Shown here piece after piece: positions 54,698-63,583 of a DNA stretch of 64,000 nucleotides. The notes below the pieces were generated by a model, which did not search any database, was not told the origin of the DNA, and saw only the letters and a program-made list of their open reading frames with translations. Position numbers and translations under genes: made by a program. Source of the stretch: a virus; IMG/VR virus record IMGVR_UViG_3300032288_005424. The stretch is one strand, 5' to 3'. Each line of letters opens with the position of its first letter. The first letter of the stretch is position 1.

Positions 54698-56998
54698 ATG
54701 AAAAATATTATTCTAATAATACTTGCATTCGCTCTACTATTCCCTAAATTAGCGGAGGCTCAAGCGACCTCAGTTAATTTAGGGACTTCGAGTACCTCAG
54801 CCCTGTCCGCTACTTATAATACTTGGACAAAGGTTGACCCTAATATTACAATAACTGCAAATGGAACCATCTCTGGATTCAGGGTTCAAATTTCGCAAAC
54901 CTATACAAGCGGAGATCAATTACGATCTACTGGGACTCTACCTTCTGGAGTTAGCTCTTCTTTTAATACGACCACCGGTATACTTGCATTTAGCGGAACA
55001 GCATCCGCTTCTGACTGGCAAACGGTATTGAGAGGAGTCGAGTTTAGATCGACCACTACTACGTGCTATGCACTACAGAGGAGAGTAACGTTCGTAGCTG
55101 GAGCAGTTTTCTATAATCCTCTTACTGAACATTTTTATGAATATGTATCTGGCTCAATAACCTTTACAAACTCAGTAACCTCTGCTCAAGCTCGATCTTA
55201 TTTTGGTAGAGCAGGATATTTAGCAACAATGTCATCAGAGGCTGAAAATAATTTTGTTTGGAGACTAATGGCCAGCGATTGCTGGTTCGGTGCATCTGAC
55301 GAAGTTGGCTTGGTAAATTCAGCAAAGGGAACCACTGCATTCGCTAGTCAAGCTGCGGTTGAGGGTAAATGGCACTGGATCTCAGGTCCCGAAAAAGGGA
55401 TCAATTTTTCAAATGGTAATGCAGGAGCTGGCCCAACTACCGTATCTGGACAATACGCTAAATGGGCGCCTGGCGAACCCAACAACTCAGGTGGCGAGCA
55501 TTACGGTCAATTCTATTCAGCCAATCTAGGCCAGTGGAATGACTTACCTAATACGAATCTCGGAGGATACCTTTGCGAGTATGGGGACATGCCCGGAGAT
55601 ATTACGAGCAGCGTTACCATACTGACTAGGGATATTGAAATTAGTAATTCTTCAAGTGGCTATATCACTGGTGGAAACATCAATGTGTGTTCTGGCTCAA
55701 ACAGTACAACTCTAACTCTAACCAATTTAACAGGGTCAGTTGTACGTTGGGAATCTTCGCTTGATAATTTCTTTACGGCTGGAACAACGATTTCAAGTAC
55801 CTCATCGACCTTAACTATTACTAACTTAACTAGGACCACTTACTATAGAGCAATCGTAAATTCAACGAGTCCAGTCTCGTGCACAGGATTAGCGACGTCA
55901 AGCGTATTTCTATCAGTCAAACCGACCAGAGCCGGCACAGTATTCGCTGCGAACAATTCAATATGTTCAGGCGGCCTAGCTGAATTGACCCTGTCCGGAC
56001 AACAGGGTAACGTGAATAAGTGGCAACGTTCGATCAACAACATAAATTGGACGGATATTACAAACACTAGCACGAGCTTGACTGAAACCATTAATACAGC
56101 TGGAACTTATTACTATCGAGTTGAGGTGCAGACTCCAAGCTGCGGAAGTGCAGTATTTTCAGATTCAAAAATAATTACTGTGACTTCTGGAACTCCACCG
56201 ACCGGTGGATCAGTTTCGTCGGCAGTTCATCCAACCTCGACAAACTCAGGAACGTTGACGTTAAGCGGCCATACTGGAACAATTGTTAAATGGCAAAGAT
56301 CAACAAATTCCGGCGTAACATGGACAGACATCGCAAATACTGGAACGACTAACTCATACTCAAATCAGACTGACGGTACCATGTTCAGAGCTCAATTGAC
56401 TAGCGGTACCTGCGGAAACGCATTCTCTTCTGCTGGCACAATCACAGTTGCTCCATTCACTCACTCCGGTTCTGTGTACAACGCTGAGAATACTGGAATT
56501 CAAAACGTCGTTGTCAATCTACTTCATAAATTAAAAACTGATTTAGTTTACAGTGCATTGAGCTCTTCAACCACCGCTGCAAACGGCAGTTACTCGTTCT
56601 CCACATCATTGAGCGTTAACAAATACGATTTCATAATCAGCATTAACTCAGCAGCTGTTGATTCGCCGACGTCGGCTGACGCTGAGTCTTTTAATCAAAA
56701 GGTACTTTACCAATCGTTCGTCTCGAAAGACTATTATCGAATGGACGCTAATTCAAATGGAAAGTTATCAATCACTGATGTATTCTTAGTGTATGCTAAA
56801 AAGAGTGGATTAATTTCCACGTGGCCTTACTCTACCCCAAATTACAGGATATTTACAGCATCGCAATGGTCGGCGATAAACTCAAGCGCGAGTAATTTAG
56901 TTGCAACATATCCTGGGACTCAGGCGCTAACCACACCAACCTTGACTTCCGGTGGAACTACTAATTTCTATATCGTTAAAACCGGCTTAATAAAATAA
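54698..56998 (+). CDS. large secreted protein with a C-type lectin domain and repeated beta-rich (Ig-like) modules
   Basis: Signal peptide MKNIILIILAFALLFPKLAEAQ; WHWISGPEKG...YAKWAPGEPNNSGGEHYGQFYSANLGQWNDLPN...YLCEY matches the CTLD WIGL/EPN/WND motifs. Confidence 0.55.
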   Translation: MKNIILIILAFALLFPKLAEAQATSVNLGTSSTSALSATYNTWTKVDPNITITANGTISGFRVQISQTYTSGDQLRSTGTLPSGVSSSFNTTTGILAFSGTASASDWQTVLRGVEFRSTTTTCYALQRRVTFVAGAVFYNPLTEHFYEYVSGSITFTNSVTSAQARSYFGRAGYLATMSSEAENNFVWRLMASDCWFGASDEVGLVNSAKGTTAFASQAAVEGKWHWISGPEKGINFSNGNAGAGPTTVSGQYAKWAPGEPNNSGGEHYGQFYSANLGQWNDLPNTNLGGYLCEYGDMPGDITSSVTILTRDIEISNSSSGYITGGNINVCSGSNSTTLTLTNLTGSVVRWESSLDNFFTAGTTISSTSSTLTITNLTRTTYYRAIVNSTSPVSCTGLATSSVFLSVKPTRAGTVFAANNSICSGGLAELTLSGQQGNVNKWQRSINNINWTDITNTSTSLTETINTAGTYYYRVEVQTPSCGSAVFSDSKIITVTSGTPPTGGSVSSAVHPTSTNSGTLTLSGHTGTIVKWQRSTNSGVTWTDIANTGTTNSYSNQTDGTMFRAQLTSGTCGNAFSSAGTITVAPFTHSGSVYNAENTGIQNVVVNLLHKLKTDLVYSALSSSTTAANGSYSFSTSLSVNKYDFIISINSAAVDSPTSADAESFNQKVLYQSFVSKDYYRMDANSNGKLSITDVFLVYAKKSGLISTWPYSTPNYRIFTASQWSAINSSASNLVATYPGTQALTTPTLTSGGTTNFYIVKTGLIK

Positions 56999-57010
56999 AA
57001 ACAATAACAC

Positions 57011-57493
57011 ATGAAACAGCTTATTTTCTTTTTAGTTCTCATACTTGGAGTGCAGCTTCAAGCATTCAGTCAAAACTGCGTCAAGGTCGATACAGTCTAC
57101 ACAACCGCTAAGATAAAGGAATTAAAGAATCGCAGGATCACATTCGGGATTCGCCAGATCGCAGAAGAAGAACTTTCCAATAAGTACCAAATCTGCCAGG
57201 AAGGTGAGCCCATAGGGATCGAGGTTGCCTATGTTGGAACTCCAAAAAAGAGCTTCACGTTTGGCGGAGTAGGCGGAGCTGTTCAAACTACTGAGGTTCT
57301 TGTTAAGCTTCACATGGCCGGTCTTGTGTATGACGGTAATGGAGCAGAAGAAACTTCCGCACAAATGATGTTCATTCAATTGAATGACGATCAGATTCCA
57401 TTCGACAAGACGACTCTATCTACTGCTCTAAAGAGAGCGATCGCCGATGCAGTAAAAAAGATGACCACGGTTAAACCAATTGAGGGAAATTGA
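57011..57493 (+). CDS. secreted hypothetical protein
   Basis: Signal peptide MKQLIFFLVLILGVQLQAFSQ. Confidence 0.45.
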   Translation: MKQLIFFLVLILGVQLQAFSQNCVKVDTVYTTAKIKELKNRRITFGIRQIAEEELSNKYQICQEGEPIGIEVAYVGTPKKSFTFGGVGGAVQTTEVLVKLHMAGLVYDGNGAEETSAQMMFIQLNDDQIPFDKTTLSTALKRAIADAVKKMTTVKPIEGN

Positions 57494-57517
57494 GTAGAAT
57501 AGTCTAAAATTCTATTC

Positions 57518-57736
57518 ATGGATCAATCTAACATTAAGGTTGGCTTGGAAAACTCAACAGCAATTGTATGTGACGAGTGCGGCAGCCAAACATTCAAGGA
57601 GGTTACTTACCTTAGACGTATTTCTCGATTATTGACCGGTGCTCCGGAAGACATGATCGTGCCAATTCCTGCGTTTGCATGCTCGAGCTGCAATCACGTA
57701 AACGAACAATTCCAATTAAAGGATCAAAAAAAGTAA
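57518..57736 (+). CDS. zinc-ribbon small protein
   Basis: CDECG...CSSCNH. Confidence 0.4.
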   Translation: MDQSNIKVGLENSTAIVCDECGSQTFKEVTYLRRISRLLTGAPEDMIVPIPAFACSSCNHVNEQFQLKDQKK

Positions 57737-57742
57737 ATTAAG

Positions 57743-58018
57743 ATGATAACAGTAACTGACTACTGGGCTCCATGGTGCGGCCCTTGTAAAATGATGATGC
57801 CTACTATTGAAAAACTGGCAGAGGAATACAACGTTCCGGATAGCAAAGTTCAAATAAAAAAGGTAAACGTTGATGAAGACTCCGAAACTGCAGCTAAACT
57901 TGGAATCCGTTCCATTCCTACTCTAGTATTTGAAAAGAACGGAGATGAGGTTGATCGTAAAAGCGGATCTTTACCCTATGAGAAAATTAAAGAAATAATT
58001 GAAAATCTGAAAGGCTAA
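57743..58018 (+). CDS. thioredoxin
   Basis: WAPWCGPCK active-site motif. Confidence 0.75.
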   Translation: MITVTDYWAPWCGPCKMMMPTIEKLAEEYNVPDSKVQIKKVNVDEDSETAAKLGIRSIPTLVFEKNGDEVDRKSGSLPYEKIKEIIENLKG

Positions 58019-58701
58019 TGGAAATAACTTTCATATCTGATACTCACTGGTTGGTGAGAGATGCACAAGACTGCAGAGACATGAATGATCTTTTACCGGG
58101 TGGTCCAATTTTGGTGCATGCTGGCGACGTGAGTGGCCGAGGCACTGAGTCAGAAATTCGAAAGTTTCTTGACTGGTTTAGTAAGTTGCCTTACACGCAT
58201 AAGATACTAATCTCAGGAAATCATGATTTCTTTTTTGAAGTGGCCAAGCCTGATGAGGTTGAGGCCTTGATCGCAGAGTATCCTGGAATTACTTATTTGA
58301 ACGATAATGGAGTAACGATTGAGGGCATAAAGTTTTGGGGTAGTCCAGTCACGCCGTTCTTTCATAATTGGGCATTCAATAGATGGCCGAACGAAATTAA
58401 ACCTCATTGGGACCTGATTCCCGAAGGAATTGATGTTTTGATAACTCACGGCCCTCCAAGGGGAATATTGGACTTCACAGAATACGATCGTGACCATGTC
58501 GGCTGTCCGACCCTACTTGATAAGGTTAAGCAGATAAAACCAAAGGTTCACGTGTTCGGCCACATTCATGAGGCTAGGGGAAAGAAGGAAATTGACGGAA
58601 CCGTTTTTATCAATGCGTCAATGGTTACCTTAAGATACGAACTCCGATACGAAACTCCATACACTGTGGACGTTGAACCAAATTCTCAAACTTTAGTATA
58701 A
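58018..58701 (+). CDS. calcineurin-like metallophosphoesterase
   Basis: Metal-ligand motifs ISDTH, GD (VHAGDVSGRG), GNHD (ILISGNHDF), THGP and GH (VFGHIHEARG) in the canonical order. Confidence 0.65.
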   Translation: MEITFISDTHWLVRDAQDCRDMNDLLPGGPILVHAGDVSGRGTESEIRKFLDWFSKLPYTHKILISGNHDFFFEVAKPDEVEALIAEYPGITYLNDNGVTIEGIKFWGSPVTPFFHNWAFNRWPNEIKPHWDLIPEGIDVLITHGPPRGILDFTEYDRDHVGCPTLLDKVKQIKPKVHVFGHIHEARGKKEIDGTVFINASMVTLRYELRYETPYTVDVEPNSQTLV

Positions 58702-58708
58702 TAACCGT

Positions 58709-58939
58709 ATGAAAAATAAATTAAAACAAATCGCAATATTCGTCCTGTGCTTAGCGATAGGTTTCGAATCAATACATTTGGCTTTCTGGCTAATGAACAT
58801 GCCTAGCACTCCGCTATTTTGGCTTGGAATCCTGGTCCTTACGGCAATTGCCTTTATCTCAGGAACCTATGTTTGGCAAAAGGTTGGAGCTTGGATCGAA
58901 AAAAAGTTCGAAGAAACTGAGAATTCTAATCATCATTAA
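58709..58939 (+). CDS. small two-TM membrane protein
   Basis: Two hydrophobic helices. Confidence 0.4.
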   Translation: MKNKLKQIAIFVLCLAIGFESIHLAFWLMNMPSTPLFWLGILVLTAIAFISGTYVWQKVGAWIEKKFEETENSNHH

Positions 58940-58967
58940 TCATTTCAACAATTTAAAACAACTATAA

Positions 58968-59804
58968 ATGAACAAAGGAAAATTGACACTAGCCGTACTC
59001 GGCTTTTTAATCGCATTGACGTTAATGATTAACTCTTGCGAACGCATTGACGCTGGCCATGTTGGAGTTAAGGTAAATCTCTACGGAACCGGTAAGGGAG
59101 TTGACGATGTTACTGAATGTACTGGACTTGTTTTTTACAATCCGCTTTCAACTAAGATCTATGAGTTTCCAACCTACATCCAACACAAGGAATACACCGA
59201 GGACCAATCATTTGTGATTAACTCAAAGGACGGTTCCGAATTCCATGTAAGTCCAATCGTTAACTATTCAGTACAGCGCGATAAAGTTCCGGCTATATTC
59301 GCAAAGTATCGAAGAAGTTTAGAATCGATTGAGGAAGGTTTCTTAAAGACAACAATATACGATGCCTTTCGTATGACTGCTAATTCCTACACAGCTGAGG
59401 AATTAATTTCGAATCGTCAAACTTTTGAAACCAAGGTACGCGCTAAATTAGACACCGACCTCTTAAGAGAAGGTTTCTTGATTAGCCAATTGACCTCTAA
59501 CTTGGGTTATCCTGAAACATTCAAGAAGGCTATTGAAGCCAAGAATAATGCAGTACAGACCGCATTGACTGCCGAGAATCAAGTCAAAACCGCTGAGGCC
59601 CAGGCTAAAATCAAGGTTGCAACTGCCGAGGGTAATGCTCAAGCAATGCTGACCCAAGCAAAGGCTGAGGCTGAAGCAAACCGTGTAAAACAGTCTACCT
59701 TGACTCCGATGCTACTACAACAAATGTGGATTGAGAAATGGAACGGTGCTTTACCGACGACTCAATTAGGAGCAGGTACAAACATGCTATACAATGTCAA
59801 GTAA
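58968..59804 (+). CDS. SPFH / band-7 (prohibitin/HflKC-like) membrane protein
   Basis: N-terminal TM anchor, then an SPFH-like domain and a long Ala/Glu/Lys/Gln coiled-coil (AEAQAKIKVATAEGNAQAMLTQAKAEAEANR). Confidence 0.6.
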   Translation: MNKGKLTLAVLGFLIALTLMINSCERIDAGHVGVKVNLYGTGKGVDDVTECTGLVFYNPLSTKIYEFPTYIQHKEYTEDQSFVINSKDGSEFHVSPIVNYSVQRDKVPAIFAKYRRSLESIEEGFLKTTIYDAFRMTANSYTAEELISNRQTFETKVRAKLDTDLLREGFLISQLTSNLGYPETFKKAIEAKNNAVQTALTAENQVKTAEAQAKIKVATAEGNAQAMLTQAKAEAEANRVKQSTLTPMLLQQMWIEKWNGALPTTQLGAGTNMLYNVK

Positions 59805-59978
59805 TAACTCAGCAGAAAAAATTGAAATAACTGTATCAATAACTAAGGACGGTCAAACAGTAAAAGCTGTCCTTGGTTATGATCAGATAAAAGAGGTCAA
59901 AGAGTTCCATAATCAGGATCTCATTGAAACAACGATTAACCTTCTTCAACACGAAATCGAAAGAGGAATTTAATCAAA

Positions 59979-60063
59979 GGAGAGGTGGCAGAGCGGTTGA
60001 ACGCGGCGGTCTTGAAAACCGTTTTAGGTAACACTAACGGGGGTTCGAATCCCTCCCTCTCCG
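59979..60063 (+). tRNA. tRNA-Ser (anticodon UGA), type II with long variable arm
   Basis: GGAGAGG acceptor, D-arm GCAGAGCGGTTGAACGC, anticodon loop CTTGAAA, long variable arm, T-arm GGGGGTTCGAATCCCTC, 3' CCTCTCC-G. Confidence 0.8.
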
Positions 60064-60079
60064 CAAAATAACAATACGA

Positions 60080-60352
60080 ATGATTAGAAAAGTATTTGGA
60101 CCTGCTTTATCTATTGTCGCAATAGCAATAGTTGCCTACTTAATCGTGCTTGGTATCAAATGGGAAAGTTCAAGACCTAGAGAAGTGGTTAAGATTGAAA
60201 CTCGAATGCCTAAGCATGTTTCAAGATTACAGGTCGAAAAAATTTCTGAATTGATTCAAGAGTCTGGGCTCTATACTTTAAAGATAGATGACACGGTTAG
60301 CGTGCTGCTCTATAAAGAATCTAATCATTCAACTTTAATTCAAATAAAATAA
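60080..60352 (+). CDS. small membrane protein
   Basis: One TM helix (ALSIVAIAIVAYLIVLGI). Confidence 0.4.
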   Translation: MIRKVFGPALSIVAIAIVAYLIVLGIKWESSRPREVVKIETRMPKHVSRLQVEKISELIQESGLYTLKIDDTVSVLLYKESNHSTLIQIK

Positions 60353-60357
60353 TAGAA

Positions 60358-61047
60358 ATGATTAAAAACACTACGCCCTATTTGGGAAAGATCAGACTTA
60401 AGTTTGAAAAGTTTCCTCACTATTCAGGAAAAGATAAGCTGAATAAAATTCACCTAAACCTTGGATTCACCAAGTTGGTCAGTCGCATAACTCCTTTCAG
60501 AGATGAGAGCGGTTGGGTTGTAAATCCTGAATGCATTGAGTTGATTAAAAAGAATACTGGCCTTAAGGTTGAGACTCACAAGTTTGGACCAAATGACGAG
60601 TACACATTACCGAATTCGTGCATGAATCTTGACGGGCAGTACGTTGGCTCAATCGAAGAAGGTTGGTGGTACTACAATAACGGATTGCGAGCAACTAAGG
60701 GCTCTCATCCGCACACAGCTTGGAGCAAAGAGGCCAAGCAATGGATAGGTTACTCACATAGAGCTGCATGCGCGTTCGGTAAGGGAGACAAACTTTTCGA
60801 TGCAAATTGGGTTCCAAACGATGACGAACTTCTTGCTCTTGAAAAGCACTACGTAAAGCATTTAGGAGAATTTCAAAAGGAATATTCTGAGTGGGTACAA
60901 AGCGGATCTGATCACAAGGAAGAGGAATTCACTCTAAATAAATGGGCAGTAGGCCACATTCCTTTCAAGTTACGTGGAAGTAAAACGATTCATTCTTACG
61001 AAGATGCTTACAAAGCAGCCGTTAACTTTGCTAAATACATAGGTTAA
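60358..61047 (+). CDS. hypothetical protein
   Basis: 229-aa ORF. Confidence 0.5.
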   Translation: MIKNTTPYLGKIRLKFEKFPHYSGKDKLNKIHLNLGFTKLVSRITPFRDESGWVVNPECIELIKKNTGLKVETHKFGPNDEYTLPNSCMNLDGQYVGSIEEGWWYYNNGLRATKGSHPHTAWSKEAKQWIGYSHRAACAFGKGDKLFDANWVPNDDELLALEKHYVKHLGEFQKEYSEWVQSGSDHKEEEFTLNKWAVGHIPFKLRGSKTIHSYEDAYKAAVNFAKYIG

Positions 61048-61385
61048 TGAATTTATTTCTAGGTTTTCTGTATGGTTTCGTAGCTCAAACATTAACATTC
61101 ATTCAGCTACAAGGACCCATGAAGTGGGACTTGTTAAAAAATAACAAGAATTGGCTGGTCCTATTAGGACTGCCAATTTCTTGGCTTTTCATGAATTCTG
61201 TAAAAAATTTCGTGCTAGCATTTGAAGGACTAATTTGGCCAAGCAGATTGATCGGCTTCTCAATTGGGATAACAGTATTCACGATAATGTCCCAATGGAT
61301 GTTCTCTGAGGGTCTTAATCTAAAAACTGTGATTTGTCTTTTGCTAGGACTCACGATACTTGCAATACAATTATTTTGGAAATGA
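61047..61385 (+). CDS. membrane protein (3-4 TM)
   Basis: Hydrophobic throughout. Confidence 0.4.
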   Translation: MNLFLGFLYGFVAQTLTFIQLQGPMKWDLLKNNKNWLVLLGLPISWLFMNSVKNFVLAFEGLIWPSRLIGFSIGITVFTIMSQWMFSEGLNLKTVICLLLGLTILAIQLFWK

Positions 61386-61681
61386 TTAAAGGTTCTGAAC
61401 AAAATCGAAAACAAAGGGACGTTGAACTTGCGCGACTCGTTCAAGAGTTCACTGAGAAGCTAGAACATGATCCTTACCAGCCTGGTGTAGTACACCCTGA
61501 AGTCTATCCTGATGATTTACAGGAGGTAATTGAGGATCTTTTCTTCGTTAGAGGATTTTCCGAGGCAACCATCAAGGTCAGTAAGAATCTGGACGGAATG
61601 TCAATTCAGGTTCAAGTTTTAAACCGGGGCGGAATAAATAATAAAAATTCCTCAACACTGGATGAAACTAAAGAGATTTAA
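61382..61681 (+). CDS. small hypothetical protein
   Basis: Start MIKGSEQNRK overlapping the upstream stop (ATGA). Confidence 0.4.
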   Translation: MIKGSEQNRKQRDVELARLVQEFTEKLEHDPYQPGVVHPEVYPDDLQEVIEDLFFVRGFSEATIKVSKNLDGMSIQVQVLNRGGINNKNSSTLDETKEI

Positions 61682-62234
61682 CGAATTCATAGCGATAAAT
61701 GAATCAATTCACGAATTTACAGTAGACGAGCTACTTGTCTTGATAGATGGTGAAATTTATCAACCTTACGAGTTTGACGTAGACCTGGCCTGGGAGCATG
61801 AACCTGCTGACCCGGAAGTTGGCATACCTAACTCATACTATTATGTTGAAAATTATGAACTATATCAAGTAACCAAAGTTTCTAAATTAGTAGATCCGGA
61901 AATCAAGAATGAACTTATGGATTTACTGTCTCCTCCAAGCGATGAAATCTCAACAGAGCTTGCTGGTTTCGGATTCAGAGAAGAGGCTAGAGAAGACCGT
62001 ATCACTGACATAGCTTTCTCCGGCGATTGGCAACAAAACTGGAAAGACTTGGCCGGTGATGAGCTAAAGGCTTTTTCGAAACAGTTTATTCAACTTTACG
62101 AGACTAACCAGCTTAAGACGATCGTCGGTAACCTTACGGATGCTCTACAAACAGAAGTAAATAATGTTGAATCTGATTACGAGGATCATTCTGACGACGG
62201 TTATGATTACGACGATTATCACGATAGATATTAA
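61662..62234 (+). CDS. CTS-like N-terminus acidic protein
   Basis: MKLKRFNEFIAINES. Confidence 0.5.
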   Translation: MKLKRFNEFIAINESIHEFTVDELLVLIDGEIYQPYEFDVDLAWEHEPADPEVGIPNSYYYVENYELYQVTKVSKLVDPEIKNELMDLLSPPSDEISTELAGFGFREEAREDRITDIAFSGDWQQNWKDLAGDELKAFSKQFIQLYETNQLKTIVGNLTDALQTEVNNVESDYEDHSDDGYDYDDYHDRY

Positions 62235-62273
62235 ATCTGCCCAAATAAATAACCTAAAATTACACGAATCTAC

Positions 62274-62837
62274 ATGAAACTTTTAAAGTTCACAGAATTT
62301 GTTAACGAATCACAAGTTAACGAAGCACAACTAAAGGACAAAGCAATAATTGCTAAGTTGGAAAGAATTCACGAAATCAAAGAAAGATTGAAAGAGCTAA
62401 CTACTGAAACTAAAGCTATTGAAGGAGAGCTAAAGGAGTTCGATGCATCAGTTAAACCCATCTTTGATGCAATGAAAGTTCTTAACGATAAATTGGCAAC
62501 TACTGAGAAGTACGTAATGAAAATTACAAGATACGGTGGAGAAGGAACTGCTGTTGCTTACGGAAAGGCCGTTGAGCAAGCTCTTACTCAAGTTGACGAA
62601 GCTGCTCAAGCAATCATCAATGAATGTGTTAGACAGCATACTAGCATTACTCAAGTTAAACACTCTTTTGAAATTAACAAATTGGACGAGGGCAAATTAA
62701 CTGACAAGGCTAAAGCTGTAATCGCTAAAATTTCAGATAAGATTAAAGCGATAGTTACTAAATTCAAGAGTTTCTTTGACTCTAAGATCTCTAAGATCGA
62801 TGCAGCTAACGAAAAGCTTGCAGCTATCAAAAAATAA
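62274..62837 (+). CDS. CTS-like N-terminus coiled-coil protein
   Basis: MKLLKFTEFVNESQVNEA. Confidence 0.5.
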   Translation: MKLLKFTEFVNESQVNEAQLKDKAIIAKLERIHEIKERLKELTTETKAIEGELKEFDASVKPIFDAMKVLNDKLATTEKYVMKITRYGGEGTAVAYGKAVEQALTQVDEAAQAIINECVRQHTSITQVKHSFEINKLDEGKLTDKAKAVIAKISDKIKAIVTKFKSFFDSKISKIDAANEKLAAIKK

Positions 62838-62845
62838 TTGAACCT

Positions 62846-63325
62846 ATGCTCAAGCCACTAGTTCAGAGCTTCAATGAGTACACTATCAACGAGGCCAAAT
62901 CAAATCATCCAGCTAAATATAAAGCGCCTGAGGGCAGTTCCCGAGACTCTAAGTTAGACAAGGCACAGGCTCTACTGAAGGCCGGTAAAAAGGAGGAGGC
63001 TTATAAGTTGCGTGATGAAATGGAAAAGGCCGAAAGATCTAAACTGGATTGGAAGAACACTCCGCGTAAGGATTCACAAGTTGATGAAGCTAAAAAGGCT
63101 GGTAGAAACTTAAGCAAAGAAACTCTTGCAAAGATCAGAGCGGTTGCAACCAAAAAAGGTTACTCATTCGCCGATCTCAAAAGAGAATACGTCAAGGGCC
63201 TAGGTGCTTTCTACTCTTCCGGTTCAAGACCTGGAATGACGGCTCATCAATGGGCAATGGCAAGAGTAAATTCAGCTTCTCCAAGTAAATCTTGGGCAAA
63301 CGTAAAAAAGGTTGGAAAAAAATAA
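62846..63325 (+). CDS. CTS-like N-terminus basic protein
   Basis: MLKPLVQSFNEYTINEA. Confidence 0.5.
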   Translation: MLKPLVQSFNEYTINEAKSNHPAKYKAPEGSSRDSKLDKAQALLKAGKKEEAYKLRDEMEKAERSKLDWKNTPRKDSQVDEAKKAGRNLSKETLAKIRAVATKKGYSFADLKREYVKGLGAFYSSGSRPGMTAHQWAMARVNSASPSKSWANVKKVGKK

Positions 63326-63340
63326 AACCCTTTTTCAAAA

Positions 63341-63355
63341 AGTAGGTATAATAGC
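63341..63355 (+). promoter_or_regulatory. class-2 box AGTAGGTATAATAGC with no ORF downstream (leader of the tRNA cluster or a small RNA)
   Basis: TATAAT at 63347-63352; ~190 nt without a convincing ORF, then hairpin 63547-63576, then tRNA-Phe. Confidence 0.35.
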
Positions 63356-63546
63356 TTTATAAATAACTAGACAAAAATTCAAAAACTCGTGCAAACACTA
63401 ACGAACATATCAAAAAACACTCAAAACTGGAATCAGTATCCGGCAGGCACATCAATTGTGATGACAGCTGAGATTAAAGATTTTGGGGTTATTCGAGGTT
63501 CAAGTGGACGAAGTTAAAGAAAAATATTAACTATGAAAACAACGAA

Positions 63547-63576
63547 CCTCGAACCTAAAAAATTCGAGGTTTTTTG
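63547..63576 (+). terminator. hairpin plus T-run immediately upstream of tRNA-Phe
   Basis: CCTCGAAcctaaaaaaTTCGAGG plus TTTTTTG. Confidence 0.5.
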
Positions 63577-63583
63577 TTTTATA

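Noticed and set aside
46815-57493. Interpreting the envelope-protein block as host chromosome (a prophage boundary inside the window)
   Set aside because: GC content, gene density, promoter motifs and phage genes (tail collar, endolysin, thioredoxin, tRNAs, CTS-motif genes at 61.6-63.3 kb) continue on both sides without a compositional break. No integrase or att-like tRNA junction flanks the block. Kept as phage-encoded, pending database comparison.
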